Position numbers and translations under genes: made by a program. From Tubulanus polymorphus (taxonomy: Eukaryota > Animalia > Nemertea), in NCBI RefSeq assembly GCF_964204645.1, contig NC_134028.1, forward strand, positions 7,936,001 through 8,000,000: a DNA stretch of 64,000 nucleotides, given 5' to 3'. Position 1 is the stretch's first letter. Each line of letters begins with the position of its first letter. The notes beneath the pieces are model-generated. The model was not told the origin of the DNA. It saw only the letters and a program-made list of their open reading frames with translations, and made no database searches. Below are positions 27,301 through 41,700 of the stretch, in pieces.

Positions 27301-30300
27301 ACGAGATATTGAGAAATCACGGAGGGATTGCAGATCATAAGGGGGAAATTCGTTGTATTCACTTTTGAAAAAAGAGCATTCATCTGAAAATTAATAAGTT
27401 ATGAGCAACTTATAAACACAAATTTGAAAACCATAGCTTCAGGCAATTATTATTACTTTTACTCAGGCTTTCTTGTGACACTAGTGATTTTAACATCTCA
27501 GTCTTAAAAAACAGACCAAATCATGACTTCCAAACACACTTATTTTGATATATAAAATGTGGCTGAAACAAATGCCTTTGACAATCACATAGAATGAATG
27601 TCTATCAAAGAGGAACACGGTAGATCCGATATGAATAATATCTACTTACCAGATCGGGTCTTTGATCACTTGCAATGATAACAGCAATCGCTGATGGTAG
27701 TTGATCCATACTGCTTACAACTTTGAAAAGCTGAGGATATCGAGCAAACCATCGGTTGAATGGCAAGTTCTTTCCTAAAACAATGAACAAATCAAAAGCA
27801 TTTTTTCAACATTTTATGGTAACTCATCAAGATTCACGGAAGCTAGAATTCAGAGCTACAGATGCAATAGACTCCTATGAAGATTTTTTCATTCCGAAAA
27901 AAGCTTGTGTCCTCAGTCCGGTAGGCCTACACTGTTTGGAAAGCAAATATCTATGGTTTTCTTATTACCGATTATCTGTTTCAACTGATCATTGATGGCG
28001 GGAAGAATTTTGTTCATCTCGTTAAACACAGAGTTCAATTTCAGGTTATTAATCTGCTCTTGTAACATCTGAGTTACTTTAGGTTCCAACAAAATCGACA
28101 TCCAATTCCTAAATTAGATTAAGGAACATCATCAAAAAAAAACTCATTTTAACTGATATAGGTGGACACGCCTAAACATTCACTCTTAACGTTACTTACA
28201 CTGATTGAAGAATATCCAGGATTTTGTCGTAGCTTAGCTTGAGCGTGTTGACGACTTTCAACCATTCTTGCGAATCTTGTAACTGCGCTGGTAAACTCAT
28301 AACGTTCGGAGGATTGTTAATCAAGTTTTCGACCAAGTTCTTTGTGCTCAACGCCTCGGTCACGATATTCGTGAAATTCACCTTGGAAGTCGAAGTCATG
28401 GCCTACAAATGAATCAAATTTCTCATAAATTCGCAAAATTATTTTTTCAATGACTTCTAAATTAATATCCCAATATATCATAATATCCAAATTATTTTTA
28501 AAAGTAACTGCACAAACTCAAATTCATGTCATAATATCATCAGGTAGAATTCTTCGAAGAACTAAATTTCGATAATTGTTCCCATTTAATGTGGTTGAAA
28601 TCGTCAATAGCATTAAAACACCGGGTTTAATACATTACAGACTTAGCGAATATTCGGTTCTTCAAATTATCTGACGTTGATAAGATAAAAACCCACTATA
28701 TACGGATTAAAAGTTTTAAAATTGGGAATTTATTCAATAAAAAATTTAATCAAAAAGACACGATTTGATTTCGTACCAAAGATCATCGTCAAACAGTCAC
28801 ACCTGATGATGATCCCTGGTGTGAGATAGAAACGTTGTGTCTTTTTATAAACTTTTGATTGAATAAATTCTCGATCTTAAAACTTTTAATCTGTTTATAG
28901 TGGATTTTTATCTTATCATCTGTTGTTCTCCCACCACGTTTAAGTGTGATTACTCTATTAATCAGACGTTTTTTCGCAAATGACGAACGTACCTGTTGAA
29001 TTTGTTTCTGAAAACCGCCGTAATCGACCAGTTGCTCGGCGAGCAGTGTTATGTTTACAGTCGCCATCAGTCGACATAATTTCTGTTGTAGATCAACCAG
29101 GTTCACAGGACGATACGGAGAAGCCGTGAAAATTTTCTGGAACAGCGCCGCATCGGTGCATAATGTCAGCGGTTGCTGCAACGACGCTATTTGCACCACC
29201 TGAATAAATGAATGAAAATAACCATTGGTATCGCATAAAAGTCAACTAAATGATCAGATTTTTTTTCTGTTAATTCTACCTTTGCTGGATCCTGTAACCA
29301 AGACAATACAGAGTAACCAGCTACTGATATCACATCTGGCCCCATTGTGGCGACTACGTTCATGATTTTGTTCAGTTCTGAAGAACCCATCAGCTCGTAA
29401 CTATAAACTTGCGCCTCTATGTTAAGAAAGAATGATTCATACGAAGAAAATAGAGGAAACCAGCAAACCTTACACTTAAAAATGTTCCTAATAGGCTACT
29501 GTATATTTCATGGTACATGTAGTTCGAGTTAAGCAATTAAGCAAACCTAAGGTTCTCTAAAAACTGATCAAAATTCTTCGTCTCAGTTGAGCTTATGACA
29601 TCCTTGCTTGCCAGGGGTCCGGTATCATTCCCGAACTCGCTTCCACCAGCCCCCTGGCCTCACGAAGCGTGATTTCATTACTGGCGCTGTTGCGCATGAC
29701 GTCATACATTGATTTGCGAAATACTTCCTTGTTCGGTAAAACGTTCGCTGATTGTTCCATTTAACAGGAATTCCAACAGAAGCCTGAAGTCGTTTGTTAC
29801 AAGCGCTGTGATTGGTACGACCGGATTCTGGTCAGCTAGTAACGACTCCAAGGACTCGTGAGGTCAAGGGGTTCGGGGAACAGCTTTAGCGTAGTGGGTT
29901 CAAATCCCTTGACGGGAGAAGATGAGCTTATGATAAAACACTAACTGTTTAAGACGTTCAGTTGTTTGTTGATGAGCTTATGAACGGTCGATGCCAACGA
30001 AATGATTGAATTAGTTTCGGTGGAAAATAAATTCGGACTGTTGTTCATCGTATCAGCAATTTTCGTTAGATCCGTTTCTAGTCTGAAATAGAGAATAACA
30101 TCAATTTATTGTTTATCGCTTAAAACTGCTGTTAATCCGAAGCCTAAGTTTTTTTTCCTCCATTAAACCTACTTTTTCCAATCATAAGCAGACATCTCTT
30201 TAGCGAAGGCTTGGACGCTTGTCATTATGTGCGTCGTGTTGATTTGACTTTCAGGGAATATTGGTTTATTCATCAAATTCAAATTCATCACTTTTTCCGA

Positions 30301-33300
30301 AATTGCGATGTAGTCATAAAAGTAATCAGTGATGTTCATCTTGGAGTCGATCCAAGATGTGTTCTTTTGGTTTTTTAACTGAAAAAAAATGTATTAAATT
30401 CTGCAGTACTCGCATCAGCTGCACGAACATTCAATTCCAAGCACCAAATTTACGCAAGTGCAAAATAAATCGGAAATGAGCTAAAAAATCTATTGAACTG
30501 AAGCTGAAGTTCAAGTTCAAATTCAAGTAGAATACTGAAGAGAATACGTAACAAAGGGAATTTCGTTAATTATTCGGATCCCCGCAGATCCTGCAAAAAT
30601 CATCAAATTAAGAAAATAATTCTCTTTAATTCTCCTTTGTCTTTTCATCGCAACCTTTTAATTGAAAAACAAAAAGAATTGTTACGCCCATCATTTTCAA
30701 TCTAGTAACTTGTAAGTTATATTCATCATAATTTTCAATCTCATTACTCCCTACTCTCAGTATTTTAACAAAAGGCCTAAATCAACTGATTTCATCCTAG
30801 GATCAAATTCAACCCCAGCTGTAGATTAGAACCGCTAGTTAACTAGTTATGTATCAGATTGATTTCAGACACAATTTAAGTTTCATTTAATCCTAAATCT
30901 TCTGGCTGCAGACATTTTTTTCGGTTTTGCTATCTATCGCTTACCCAATCATCTACCTCCTTCACGATAGGTTCATTCTTCAATTCGCTTACAATCCTTT
31001 GCCAATTATCACAAATCGATTTCTCCAGCATGCCGACAATCATCGGCTCCTTAAACGTCAGAAACGACGTCACACTTATCGTGCCATCGCAAATAGATTT
31101 CGTCGAGTTCAGCTCAATTTTCAGCAAAACTGCTACAAGCTGAAATGCAGAAAACATGAAAATAATCTTACATTTTCTTCGTAAATGTTTCAGAAATAAT
31201 TTCGATTGATCATCAAATTTCTTATTAAATTCTTCATCTTCTCGTGACACCGAATTCAAATTCAAATGCATCAAATTTCAAAGAATTTCAGGAGGTAGGC
31301 TAGGACTAGGATGAAGGCTAGCAAATACAGCAGTTAGCACGCAAAACAGTTCCATGATTTTGTACGAACATAATATTCGTATTTCAAAATATGCCTTACC
31401 TTATGTGGGTGTACAATAGAGTCAAGGAGGATATCGATCAATTCAGGGGTCAAAGAAAGAGCTCGAGTGAGGACTGATCGAACCGCAATGGAATTCGTAA
31501 ACAAATCTTTCAATCGCAATCCATTCACTGGAAAAAAAATTTCCACTGAGTCAATGAAACAAGTTCTCTTAGAAAACAAGCCACAGATGACAACGGTTTC
31601 ACGGGCTCAGGTTCTAATCTTGTCATGATGCAACTCTGAAATTCCCATGCCTTAACTCCCATTGCATTTTGGATATGTTGTATCTAGGGCAAATGCTTAA
31701 ATATTGTCAAGACAACTTTTGGAATTTCGACCCCGTTCCTCTGTTATGAGGTCATCTTCAAGGTCATGTCACTGAAAAACTGAGTTTTTAGTGCCTAGTT
31801 CAGCCGCTAGATGACGCACTGGGTCCATCAAGATTGACCCATTATTAATGAAGCTAAGTAGCTGAAAGTCAGACACACAGACAGATAGACAAGGGGTCTC
31901 GTAACGGAAGCCTGAAAACCAACTATTTTCAGTTCAGTCGTTATGTACTCACCGGAAATTTTGTCAACCACGTTCAAAATATGTTTGTTAATGATATAAT
32001 CGAGAGTCATCCATGATACAACGGCAGCGTACTGCGGGGAACCTTTCATTTGTTGGTCGATCATCACCATGATTTCAGCCATCATCGGACTTAGACTAAG
32101 AGACAACAAGATAAAAAGAAAACTCAGGCCCAGTTTTACAGCCATGACTAAAATGGAGAATAAGCCGAGACTTGTCTTGATTTCTGTTAAAACGATCAAA
32201 GAGCAAATTTTCAAAAAAAACGCGCATTTATAACGATCATTTTTTATTCAAAGTTTAGAAGTTTGAAATGAATTTTCAACTCTAAGCGTCAATATCCACA
32301 GCAATTGTGGAACTAGGCGCAGCAATACACATACGCACCTGCTCAAAGACTGAACATTGAAATTTCCAGCCATCATTTTCATTTGTTGAAATACTACATC
32401 ATAACGTTTCATATCGTCAGGAGTGATCATCATCATATCCGGTAGATTTTTCACGGAGCTATACACCAGTTCAGACATGCGAATCATGTCCGTCCAGTTA
32501 TAGGCCGGGTTCACACCAGCAGGAGTGGTCATGTAGGTAATCATCTAATGAACGAGAAATGACAGGATAAGAATTGAGTTTAAGGTAGTGAATTAGAACT
32601 ATACCTATATCGAATCAGAATGATATTTGAATATCAAACTGAATGCTGTTTGGACCCGGTTTCACAGTTTCGGGTTAAGATACGACCCGATATTCAAATT
32701 TCCAATATTCATAATCATTGAAGAAAACCTTATCATCAAACCAACAACTGATAAATTGGTTCCTGCATTCACAACTGATGAAATTAATGATATACACTGT
32801 GGAAATAAAACCTATTATATGATATCATAATCTACTTTAGGAGCTATATTTTCTCAACATAATTGTAATAATAGAATTATGATACTTGATAATGATAATA
32901 ATTGGAGTCTTTAACTAATTTATCCTTCTGTCAATGTTTTTGGCCTTCCCAGGTCGATTGATGTGAAGGCTTTTTCTTCTTGTAACATTGCTTACAAATA
33001 AAGATACATGTACATACAGTACATATTCCATTCCATAGTTTTCACTGACTGGGAATTAAACATTTCCATCATTTTGATAACATAAACTAATTAACTAATT
33101 ACAATCTCCAACTGTAAAACTGGACTCAGATCTCTCCAATTTGAGAATCATAATATTCAACCTTTTTAGCCCATAGCGTAGAATCTTAATATGCAACTGC
33201 AGAAGTGTACGCAAATTAGGAATTGTTTAAATCAATGCAATATGAAGACATTCAAAATATCTAAAATGAGCTACATACCAATTTCTTAGTGTAGTCCCAA

Positions 33301-35716
33301 TCTACGTAAGCGTTCTGATAGTTATTAACGAAATATGTCTTCAAGAAATCTAAATTCAGTGAACACAACATGTTCTGCATATATGCTACGGGGACATTCT
33401 GTGGTAAAGTGAAGTAAGATCTGAATTCTTTTTCGCTACATAACATCTTCGGCCAGTCCCTAACAGTCATCAGTTTCTTGGTCTGAAATATTCAACAATT
33501 CGGTACGATTGAAAGTTTCGAAATCTCTCGATATTACCCTGAGCAATCATCAATTACCTTTTCCGGGATCATCATCGTTTCTGCAAATGCTTTAAGCACG
33601 TCTGGTCCATATTTAATTGTATATCCCACCATATTCTTCATGTTTGTGACAAGTTTTGCCTCTAAAGAATTTCAACAATATATACATATATGTACCCCTG
33701 CTATATATAAAATAAGCTTCAAAATGAACATATAAAAATCCTAGTTAATTTTTTTCTTCAAAGCTTAATAATCAGATAATAAGATATCATAAGTTGATAA
33801 AGTACATAGAAATAGGAATAAAACATAATAATATATAATATAATTTGAAAAGAATAACTAACCAGTCGTAACATAGGCTTTAGTTAAGTTCATAAAGGCT
33901 GTCACCGACCACACCACTGGACCTATGTCGTTCCAAGCTGTTGAGTTTGATAAAACCGGTCCTAAAGTCTCCAACATGGCAAAGAGGCTGCAACATAAAA
34001 CATAAATACGTCATGAGAGATTTGAAAATTTCAGACACAAAACATTTTCGCTAGATATGATACACTTATCAATTGAGCGGGATCTTTGAACAATATCTGA
34101 GTTTGAACGCATACACTTCATACATAATAGGGTCAAAAAAACATCTCAATTCATATCAGGAATTAGATGGTTAACTGAGTTTGTCAAATCTAATTTCAGC
34201 AACTGATTCCTTTAGATTTTATTTTGAAGTAGCACGCTCCTGCATTGCAGCCGAAAACAAATGTTTTGTAGTTTTTGTCGAAGTAAGATTGATGATAATG
34301 ATTCAAAAAAGACCGACGACGTACATGGATCGACCGAACGAGTCATGGGTATCCGGGAAGTGCATCATATTCTTGAGTTCGGACCATTTCGCCGGGTTGA
34401 TAGCTTTAAAACTTGCCAATACAGACTTCGGGATAAGCTGCGTCGATTCGTAAACCATTCCGCACCCTCGCCATACACGCTCAAACTTCTTATAGACCAG
34501 GTACGGATTCACGTCAACCAACAAACTGATATCAGTAGAACGCATCATCTCAATATACTTGGCGAACTAGATATTTAAAAGATGAAAACATATTGATTTG
34601 TAGTACCGGTATTTGCATTAAGGTTCATATTCTCAGGTTCACTCCGACTCCGTCATACATTATTCCAATTTCACCAAACAATGCTCCGATTTCACAATAG
34701 TTATAACAGGTTCCCTACAGATCAATCATTCCTGGATATATGGAATTTTCAAGGAAAAAAATTCAGTAATTCCCAATTCAGTAAACTTTTATTTGGTAAA
34801 AAAAAAATTGTCCAATTGAACTGATTTCTAAGCGTAGTCTACGGTACTAATTGCCTTTTTCTCAAAGTTGAAAGAGTTTTAAAGAAGTTTCAGGTATTTT
34901 TTTCAAATTCTTCAAGCACCGTTAAAAGCATTTTCCATTTAGAAGTAGTTTTAAAGGAATCGAGGAGTCGCATTAATTTAATTATTAATACTCAGATAAT
35001 CCGAAGTTTTGCCGGCTAGAATGATTTTAGATATCAGTTTACCTCTAACTGCAGTCCGGGTATGTCGGCTTTAGTTACGACTTTTCGCTGCACAGCGTTC
35101 CAATCGATACTACACACCACTTGTTTGATAGCATACGACATCAACTCATTCGCGTCGCACATCACCGTTTTCCATTGAACGTTATCCAAAAGAGCCTGAA
35201 ACGATGAAGAAAGCAAGAAAATCTGAAATCCTTCCAATACGGGAACCACCGTTTTCATCAGTTGAGACGGTGAACTACAGAATATAGATGAAACTACAGA
35301 ATAAAATTTTCGCACTCAATAAATTGTATCGGTATACAAGCATTTCAAACGTTATAAAAGTAGGAAAGTAAGATGTTCTTGTAGAATATCTATACGTAGG
35401 CTTATATTTCAAAAGAGCCGCTGGTATTCAATTCAGACGAATATAAATCATCAATCGCTACCTGCAAGAGCCTCATCGGAACAGCCGGTTGAGAGAATCT
35501 ATGCACAATACTAGCGATGTCACCAGCGCTTAATGCCGATAACTGTATCATAGCGGTACGAAACTGATTCTGCAAAAACAGATCATTCAGGGTGGTTTCG
35601 GTTTCTGAAAAGTAAAAGTAAAAGTAAAAGTAAATATCATTGATAAACTAAGAGATATAAAGTAAATCTTTACACAGGTACGTATGTATGTACGTATGTA
35701 CGTATGTACGTATATA

Positions 35717-35766
<50 letters not shown>

Positions 35767-38700
35767 CGCGATTTATAGCTTCGAATCAGCTGCAACTGAC
35801 GGATATCCTTGCGAAGAGATCAGTTACTGATGTGAATTCAAAGATTCTCAGTCAGGATGTCTCGTGAATGGAGGAAAAAATTCACTCGGCCCGATCAAAA
35901 AATGTAATCAAAGGTAACGATCGGCTATGCATAAATTTGCTAGTCAGTTGTCTTACGGAGATGCAGGAGACATCTATGCTCTTGTGTCTCAAGCATATAC
36001 CGTAAGAAAATTCAGGATACAATTAACGAACAACTATAGAGCAGAATAACCACACTCAAACGTAGAGAATAAGTGAGAGAGATCATCGTACGAAACAATG
36101 TATTTTTGTTGGTAGAATTATGAGATTTTTCACTTGATTCCCTGAAAATAGCACTTTTTCTATGTACGGTATCACTCGAATTGTCTTTGTATTAAGACCA
36201 AATAAAGTAAAGTCGTAAACCCATGCAGTTAATTAACTACCGGCAATGACATTTTGAATTTTTCATTGAATGAATTCTCGGTTTTAAAACTGTACGTAGT
36301 GGGTTTTTACTTTATCCTTTTTCATGTATAGGTTTTTCTTGGATCGGATCATCAGTCGCACAGAGTCTTAGTAGCAGACGTTTTTTGTTTTTTTTCTTTA
36401 CTTACGCAGTATCCTATCAGTTAAATTCAACAGTAGATCACCGGTCGAATAGATTTTATACAAATTCAATTCATAAGATCCATCGCGGAGAGACGCCTGC
36501 ATTATGTTATGAACGGAAGCGAGCGCTACTTCTATCGTCCTGCGAAAAAATATCAGAAATGTTAATGATACGTACGTTATATTTTGGCTTATAAATTCGT
36601 AACAATTTTTTCTCCAAAAAAGAAGAAAAACCGATGACTCTTAACAAATGCATCATTGATAATTATCTTATCAAATAACAGTTTTAGATTCGACCCTTGA
36701 CATTAAAGAATTGCAAAGTAATCGAATATAACTATGACTCAATCATATCAAACTCTTTTGTCCTTCAAAACACAATCAGACAATTTAAAAAAAATCAAGA
36801 ATTAACCAACTCCTGTCACTCCAATAATTTATACAACTAAGGCTAAAAAAATGACACCTTGTTTCTCAAAGTCAACTGGGCCATTTTGTAAACTACAATC
36901 AACAGTAGAAATGCCCAAAGTAGAAAAGGGCACCTTTTTACAATACGAGGTAGATAATTCAAAACAAAAAGCACAAATTCTTCAAGATTTTGTCTTTATT
37001 GCCCGGAAACTACATCTCAATGCAGTTAAAATCCTAGAAAGCACTTCGCGTCAGGACTTTAATTGCTTCGAATTTGCTGCAAAAAGCAGATTTTCAAAAT
37101 TTCAGAATGCCCTTTTTATTTTCAAAATACCCTTTTATAAGTTGTGCTACCTTCAACAGTGGTCACTGGATCCGCCCCTGATCAAATTAGTAATCAGTTC
37201 ATTTCTATAGCTGCCAGGTTCGTTAAGGTTAGCTTGAACATGATTTCAAAATGGTAATGTACAGGGTAGATGGACGGCCGGCCGGGTGAACTTAAAAACT
37301 CAGCAGAAATGAGAAACAAGATATCAATTTATTTCAGCCTAAGTTCTTTAATTGGCAACATTTTTATTACAGCACTTGATAAAAGATCATTGTTTGGACC
37401 CTGTCTAGTATGAGGGAGGATTTCTGCAACGTATTCTTCCTATTTCAATGAATTGATATTTGATACGTTTTCGTATCGCCAATTAAGACCTGTACGTACA
37501 CAAAGGCGGCTGGCATTTTTCCAATCAGTATACATACGTAAATGTCATGAAAGTTTGAATGCAAACCTGATATGTTCATTCGTTTTCGAGAATTCTATTT
37601 CGAGAGAAAAAAACTTTGCCCACAGCCACAAGTATATCAAAAAGCAGGCTTCCACTCGTGGCTTTAGAATTAGAAAGGTAATTCATGAAAAGATATGGTA
37701 TGTCACAATGGATCGAATTCTATGTCAATCCAAACTGATTTGTACTTAGTATTCGTCTCAATTGTGAGAAAAAGGGCATCAATATAAATGGAATATTTCA
37801 AATTAGGTGCCTAGTACAATGAAATTCAATTTCTAGTTATACTCATAGTAAAAAAAAGTGTGGGTATCTTTATCTTAGTGTTATGAACGCAGCTAAACTC
37901 AAGTCTGATCCTGCTCAAAAGTCTGATCCTGTTCGAAAGGAAAACTGCCATTGGGGACCACACCCGTACACAAAGAACAAACTTTTTAAAAATTAGCTCA
38001 ATACAACCTAGACAAAAGCGAAATTCAGAAAGCATTAATGCGTCATATGATTCCACAGTCCACACAGACGCACAGTTGCCAATATTTGAAGTCTTTTAAA
38101 GCACTTATAGTGAATACAGCGACGAAGCAGTTGACATTGAATAAATACTGAGTACTACATGACAGTTTTCATAACATGCTTATAACTTGTCTGAAAATCA
38201 ATATGCCGAACTCTAAAAATATATGTTTAGCTAAAGGGGTGTATGTTTCATTTTAGACCGTCTGAAGAGATTCTAGTATTATAATTACAATATCATGTGT
38301 CCTTTCGTTTACAGCGGTATGTCCAATCAGGGAAGTGTAATGAGTCTCATAACACTTCCCTGACATTCATGTCCAGAAATTACACAGAACACAAAGTCAG
38401 TAACTTCCGGAAAATTTTTCTCCGGAATCGTGCCAGAAATTTCTGGAGGATATCTGGCCGGGGATGGGTTAGATGGATAGAGGTTAGGGTTACGATGGTA
38501 AGGGTTTAGATGTGTTAGGGTTTAGGGGGTTAGGGTTTGATGCGTTAGGGTTTAGAGGGTTAGGGTTTCGTTGGTAAAGGTTTAGGGGGTTAGGGTTTAG
38601 ATGTGTCAGGGTTTAGGGGGTTAGGGTTTCGATGGTAAGGGTTTAGAGGGTTATGGGTTTCAATGGTTAGGGTTTAGACCAAAGACACTTTCCAGAATAT

Positions 38701-41700
38701 TCCGGAAAATTCTGTTATGTGTAATTTCTGGACTTAACTTCACTTCCCTGGTCCAATATAACCTTCACAGCCCAGCGCTTATTGCCAAGAGGACTATAAT
38801 GTCCTATAAGCATGCTAAGGTGTATCTTAAGCTACGCTCTGATCGGGTTGGGTCATTAAGTCGACCTGAGCTTAGCCTAAAGCATCCAATTTTAAAATTC
38901 CATAAGAATGCCACAGAAGATTGAAATTAGTGAACATTGATTCGGGGAATGATAACTACCGGTATGTAAGATGAATGCCTTCTAAATGTATATAGTACAT
39001 GACTGAACTGCAACCTCTCAGATGATGGAACAAGACGGAGAAATATCAATCAGAAAGCTGGCCAAAGTACTCAAGGATTGACACGGCAAAAAATAGTTGC
39101 ACTTATGTGTTCAATATTCCCATCACTATTTTTTTACCATTGCACCTATTAACTGTTAAACAATTCTAAGTGATACGTTGCTTGGCAACTAGTCATGCAA
39201 GCTAAATGGATTGTTCCACTCGTATTAAGCACTCTCATAGCCTAATAATAACGTGCTTAATAATGACGGCCAAAACTTATCAGTAAAAAATAATCATTGC
39301 CGATTAAGTAAATTCCTTCATCTCGCAACGGGAACTGAGTCCGAGGCATTATTAGCATGTATCTTTTTTCCAATGGGATACCGGCAATGCCACTGAGGGA
39401 AGCGAAGCTTCAATTTCTTCTACATTTCAATTGAATTCGAGTCAACTTATCCGATTAGTAAATCAATTTTCAGTGAAACCAATACCATACAATGAGTGAG
39501 AAAGGCAATCTTATGTCTATCCGATGACTCGTTTGATAATTTTCGAATTCGGAAGCCTAAAATTCAAGTTCAAATTTCATTGAAAATGAACTGATTTTCA
39601 CTACGAATAACCCAGTGTTTTGTTGTGTTGGTGAGTGTTTCTGGTGATTGCCAGTATCCCATTGATGGGAAGGACAGGATATTTTGATTAAGGATTTATA
39701 TTCACGATTTTCACAAACCTGTTCATGTCCGAGGTGCCATTATTGAAAATTAGTTTCTCAAATTGACTCCAGAGATTTTCCAGCGAAATCTTCGACAACG
39801 GTTCGAATAGCGGTTTGAACAGATCGGCAGAAGCGATCAATTTCTCGATGAATGTTTTCGCGGTGAATACAACGTCGGTCCAGTTCATCGACCCCTGGAA
39901 GGGCTTCGATTGGTAGGACGCAACCTGAAAGAAATTATAAATCAGATTCTTTTGTAATTCTAAGGAAATCTGTCTTACGCAAAAGAAAAATCGATAATTG
40001 CGGTTTAACACTGATTGCATGCTTGTTTTCATATACACCAGACTACAGGGTCTGGAGACATGCACAGAGTTAATCATCTGCATCCAGACACTAACTTCTC
40101 ATGTCCGGGCCATCCAGAAAACCAGAAAACTAACTTGAAAGTTTATTGACGCCTTAAGAAATAACACATGTATTGCGTGATATTGTCGACAAACAACAAA
40201 TGATGTAATATAAATCATATCGTATCAAGGAACTTATGGATTTGAATATACATGTATCGATAATTGAATCTAATTGACCAGCAACCAGTCTAGCCTTGAT
40301 ATATTGAAGATGTAGCGCATGTATGCGATAAAACCTCCGCATCTCTCCGCGATAAAATGAATATCAAAATTTATCAAAAATAAAAGAGTTATGAAATATT
40401 ATTAATTACAAAATAAACGCCTAAATTTACGGTTGTAATTGTTATTTAGAAACGCCAATATTGATGACGTAGTGCATGCACATCAACTCACACAAAACCC
40501 CTTAAATAACACTAACTAGGTATCAATGTATATAAACATTATTGAGTAATAATTTTTTTACGGCCTCAAAAAACATTAACAAGACAGCCCATAAAACGAA
40601 TGTATCCAAAACATACAGACCATGACAAAGAACAACCACAGCAGACATACCTGTTGCATAATAGCATCAACGTCGAGTTCAGTGGAGAATTCTTTGACCA
40701 GCTCCGTTATATTCATTCGACAAATCATCGCCTGATACCGACGCAGTTGCTGTACGTCCGTACCCGGAGTAAACGTCCACATCGACACGAAACCGGGATC
40801 GACGCAGAACGCACGATGGAGAGCTACGGGCTTGTCCGGCGAGTTATCGATTACATCCAAGACCGCTTTAAACTGCAAAAACACAAATCATTCGAACTGG
40901 ACTAAGGAAAAGAATCTTGGCAAGAAAAAAGCTTTGGATATTTCATACTTCTTGAATAGTTCTTGAATAGTTTCATCCATACTGATAATGAAAACCAAGG
41001 GCTCGGGTATATAACAGGTAAAATTACTGACAGTAATCAGCTGTCTACACTCATCCCCTATATCAACTATATATGAATCGACTTAAAACACCCCAGACGT
41101 AAGACTTTCATCACCACATTTGCAAAAGATTACACCGAGTAAATGCAGGGGTATATCTAGAAAATAGAAGGGACCCTCGCGGCATCCATTTTTTTCGAAA
41201 GATTTATTCGTTTAGATTGCATTTCCTGCGTTTGAATTCATTATTCTCAAATGAATTTTGGTATGATTCCTTACATTTTCTCAATTTTTTTATTCAATAT
41301 TCTGTACTCGGATAAAAAAAAGGAGGAATGCACCCTAAATCCTCCCCCTGGAATGTCGGAAGGGAAGCGGATCCAGGCTTTAGATTGGTACTTGCATTGC
41401 CAAAGACAAGACAAATGTCAATTGGGTGTTTCTTCTCAAATGTAGTCAATGGAAGGCTACAATACCAAACATCAAAGTCCAGGAGTTTGAAACGAAGTAG
41501 CTAATAATGATTTGTCATATTGAATAATGTTAAAATTCTTAGAGCACGGAGAGGCATGGCTGAGTTTATGAAAAATTGTACAGTAGATAAATACAAACCT
41601 TTTGAAGGTTTAGCGTTGCAGTTCCCATAGCAACAATTGAGTCAGTAGTCATTTGAAGAGTCTTTTTCAGGAATTCCTGTAATTTTATGGATTTGCCAAA

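Noticed and set aside
38465-38678. True telomere or chromosome-fusion site
   Set aside because: The array is degenerate, has a ~13-bp period, runs in one orientation and is enclosed by TIRs and a TSD.
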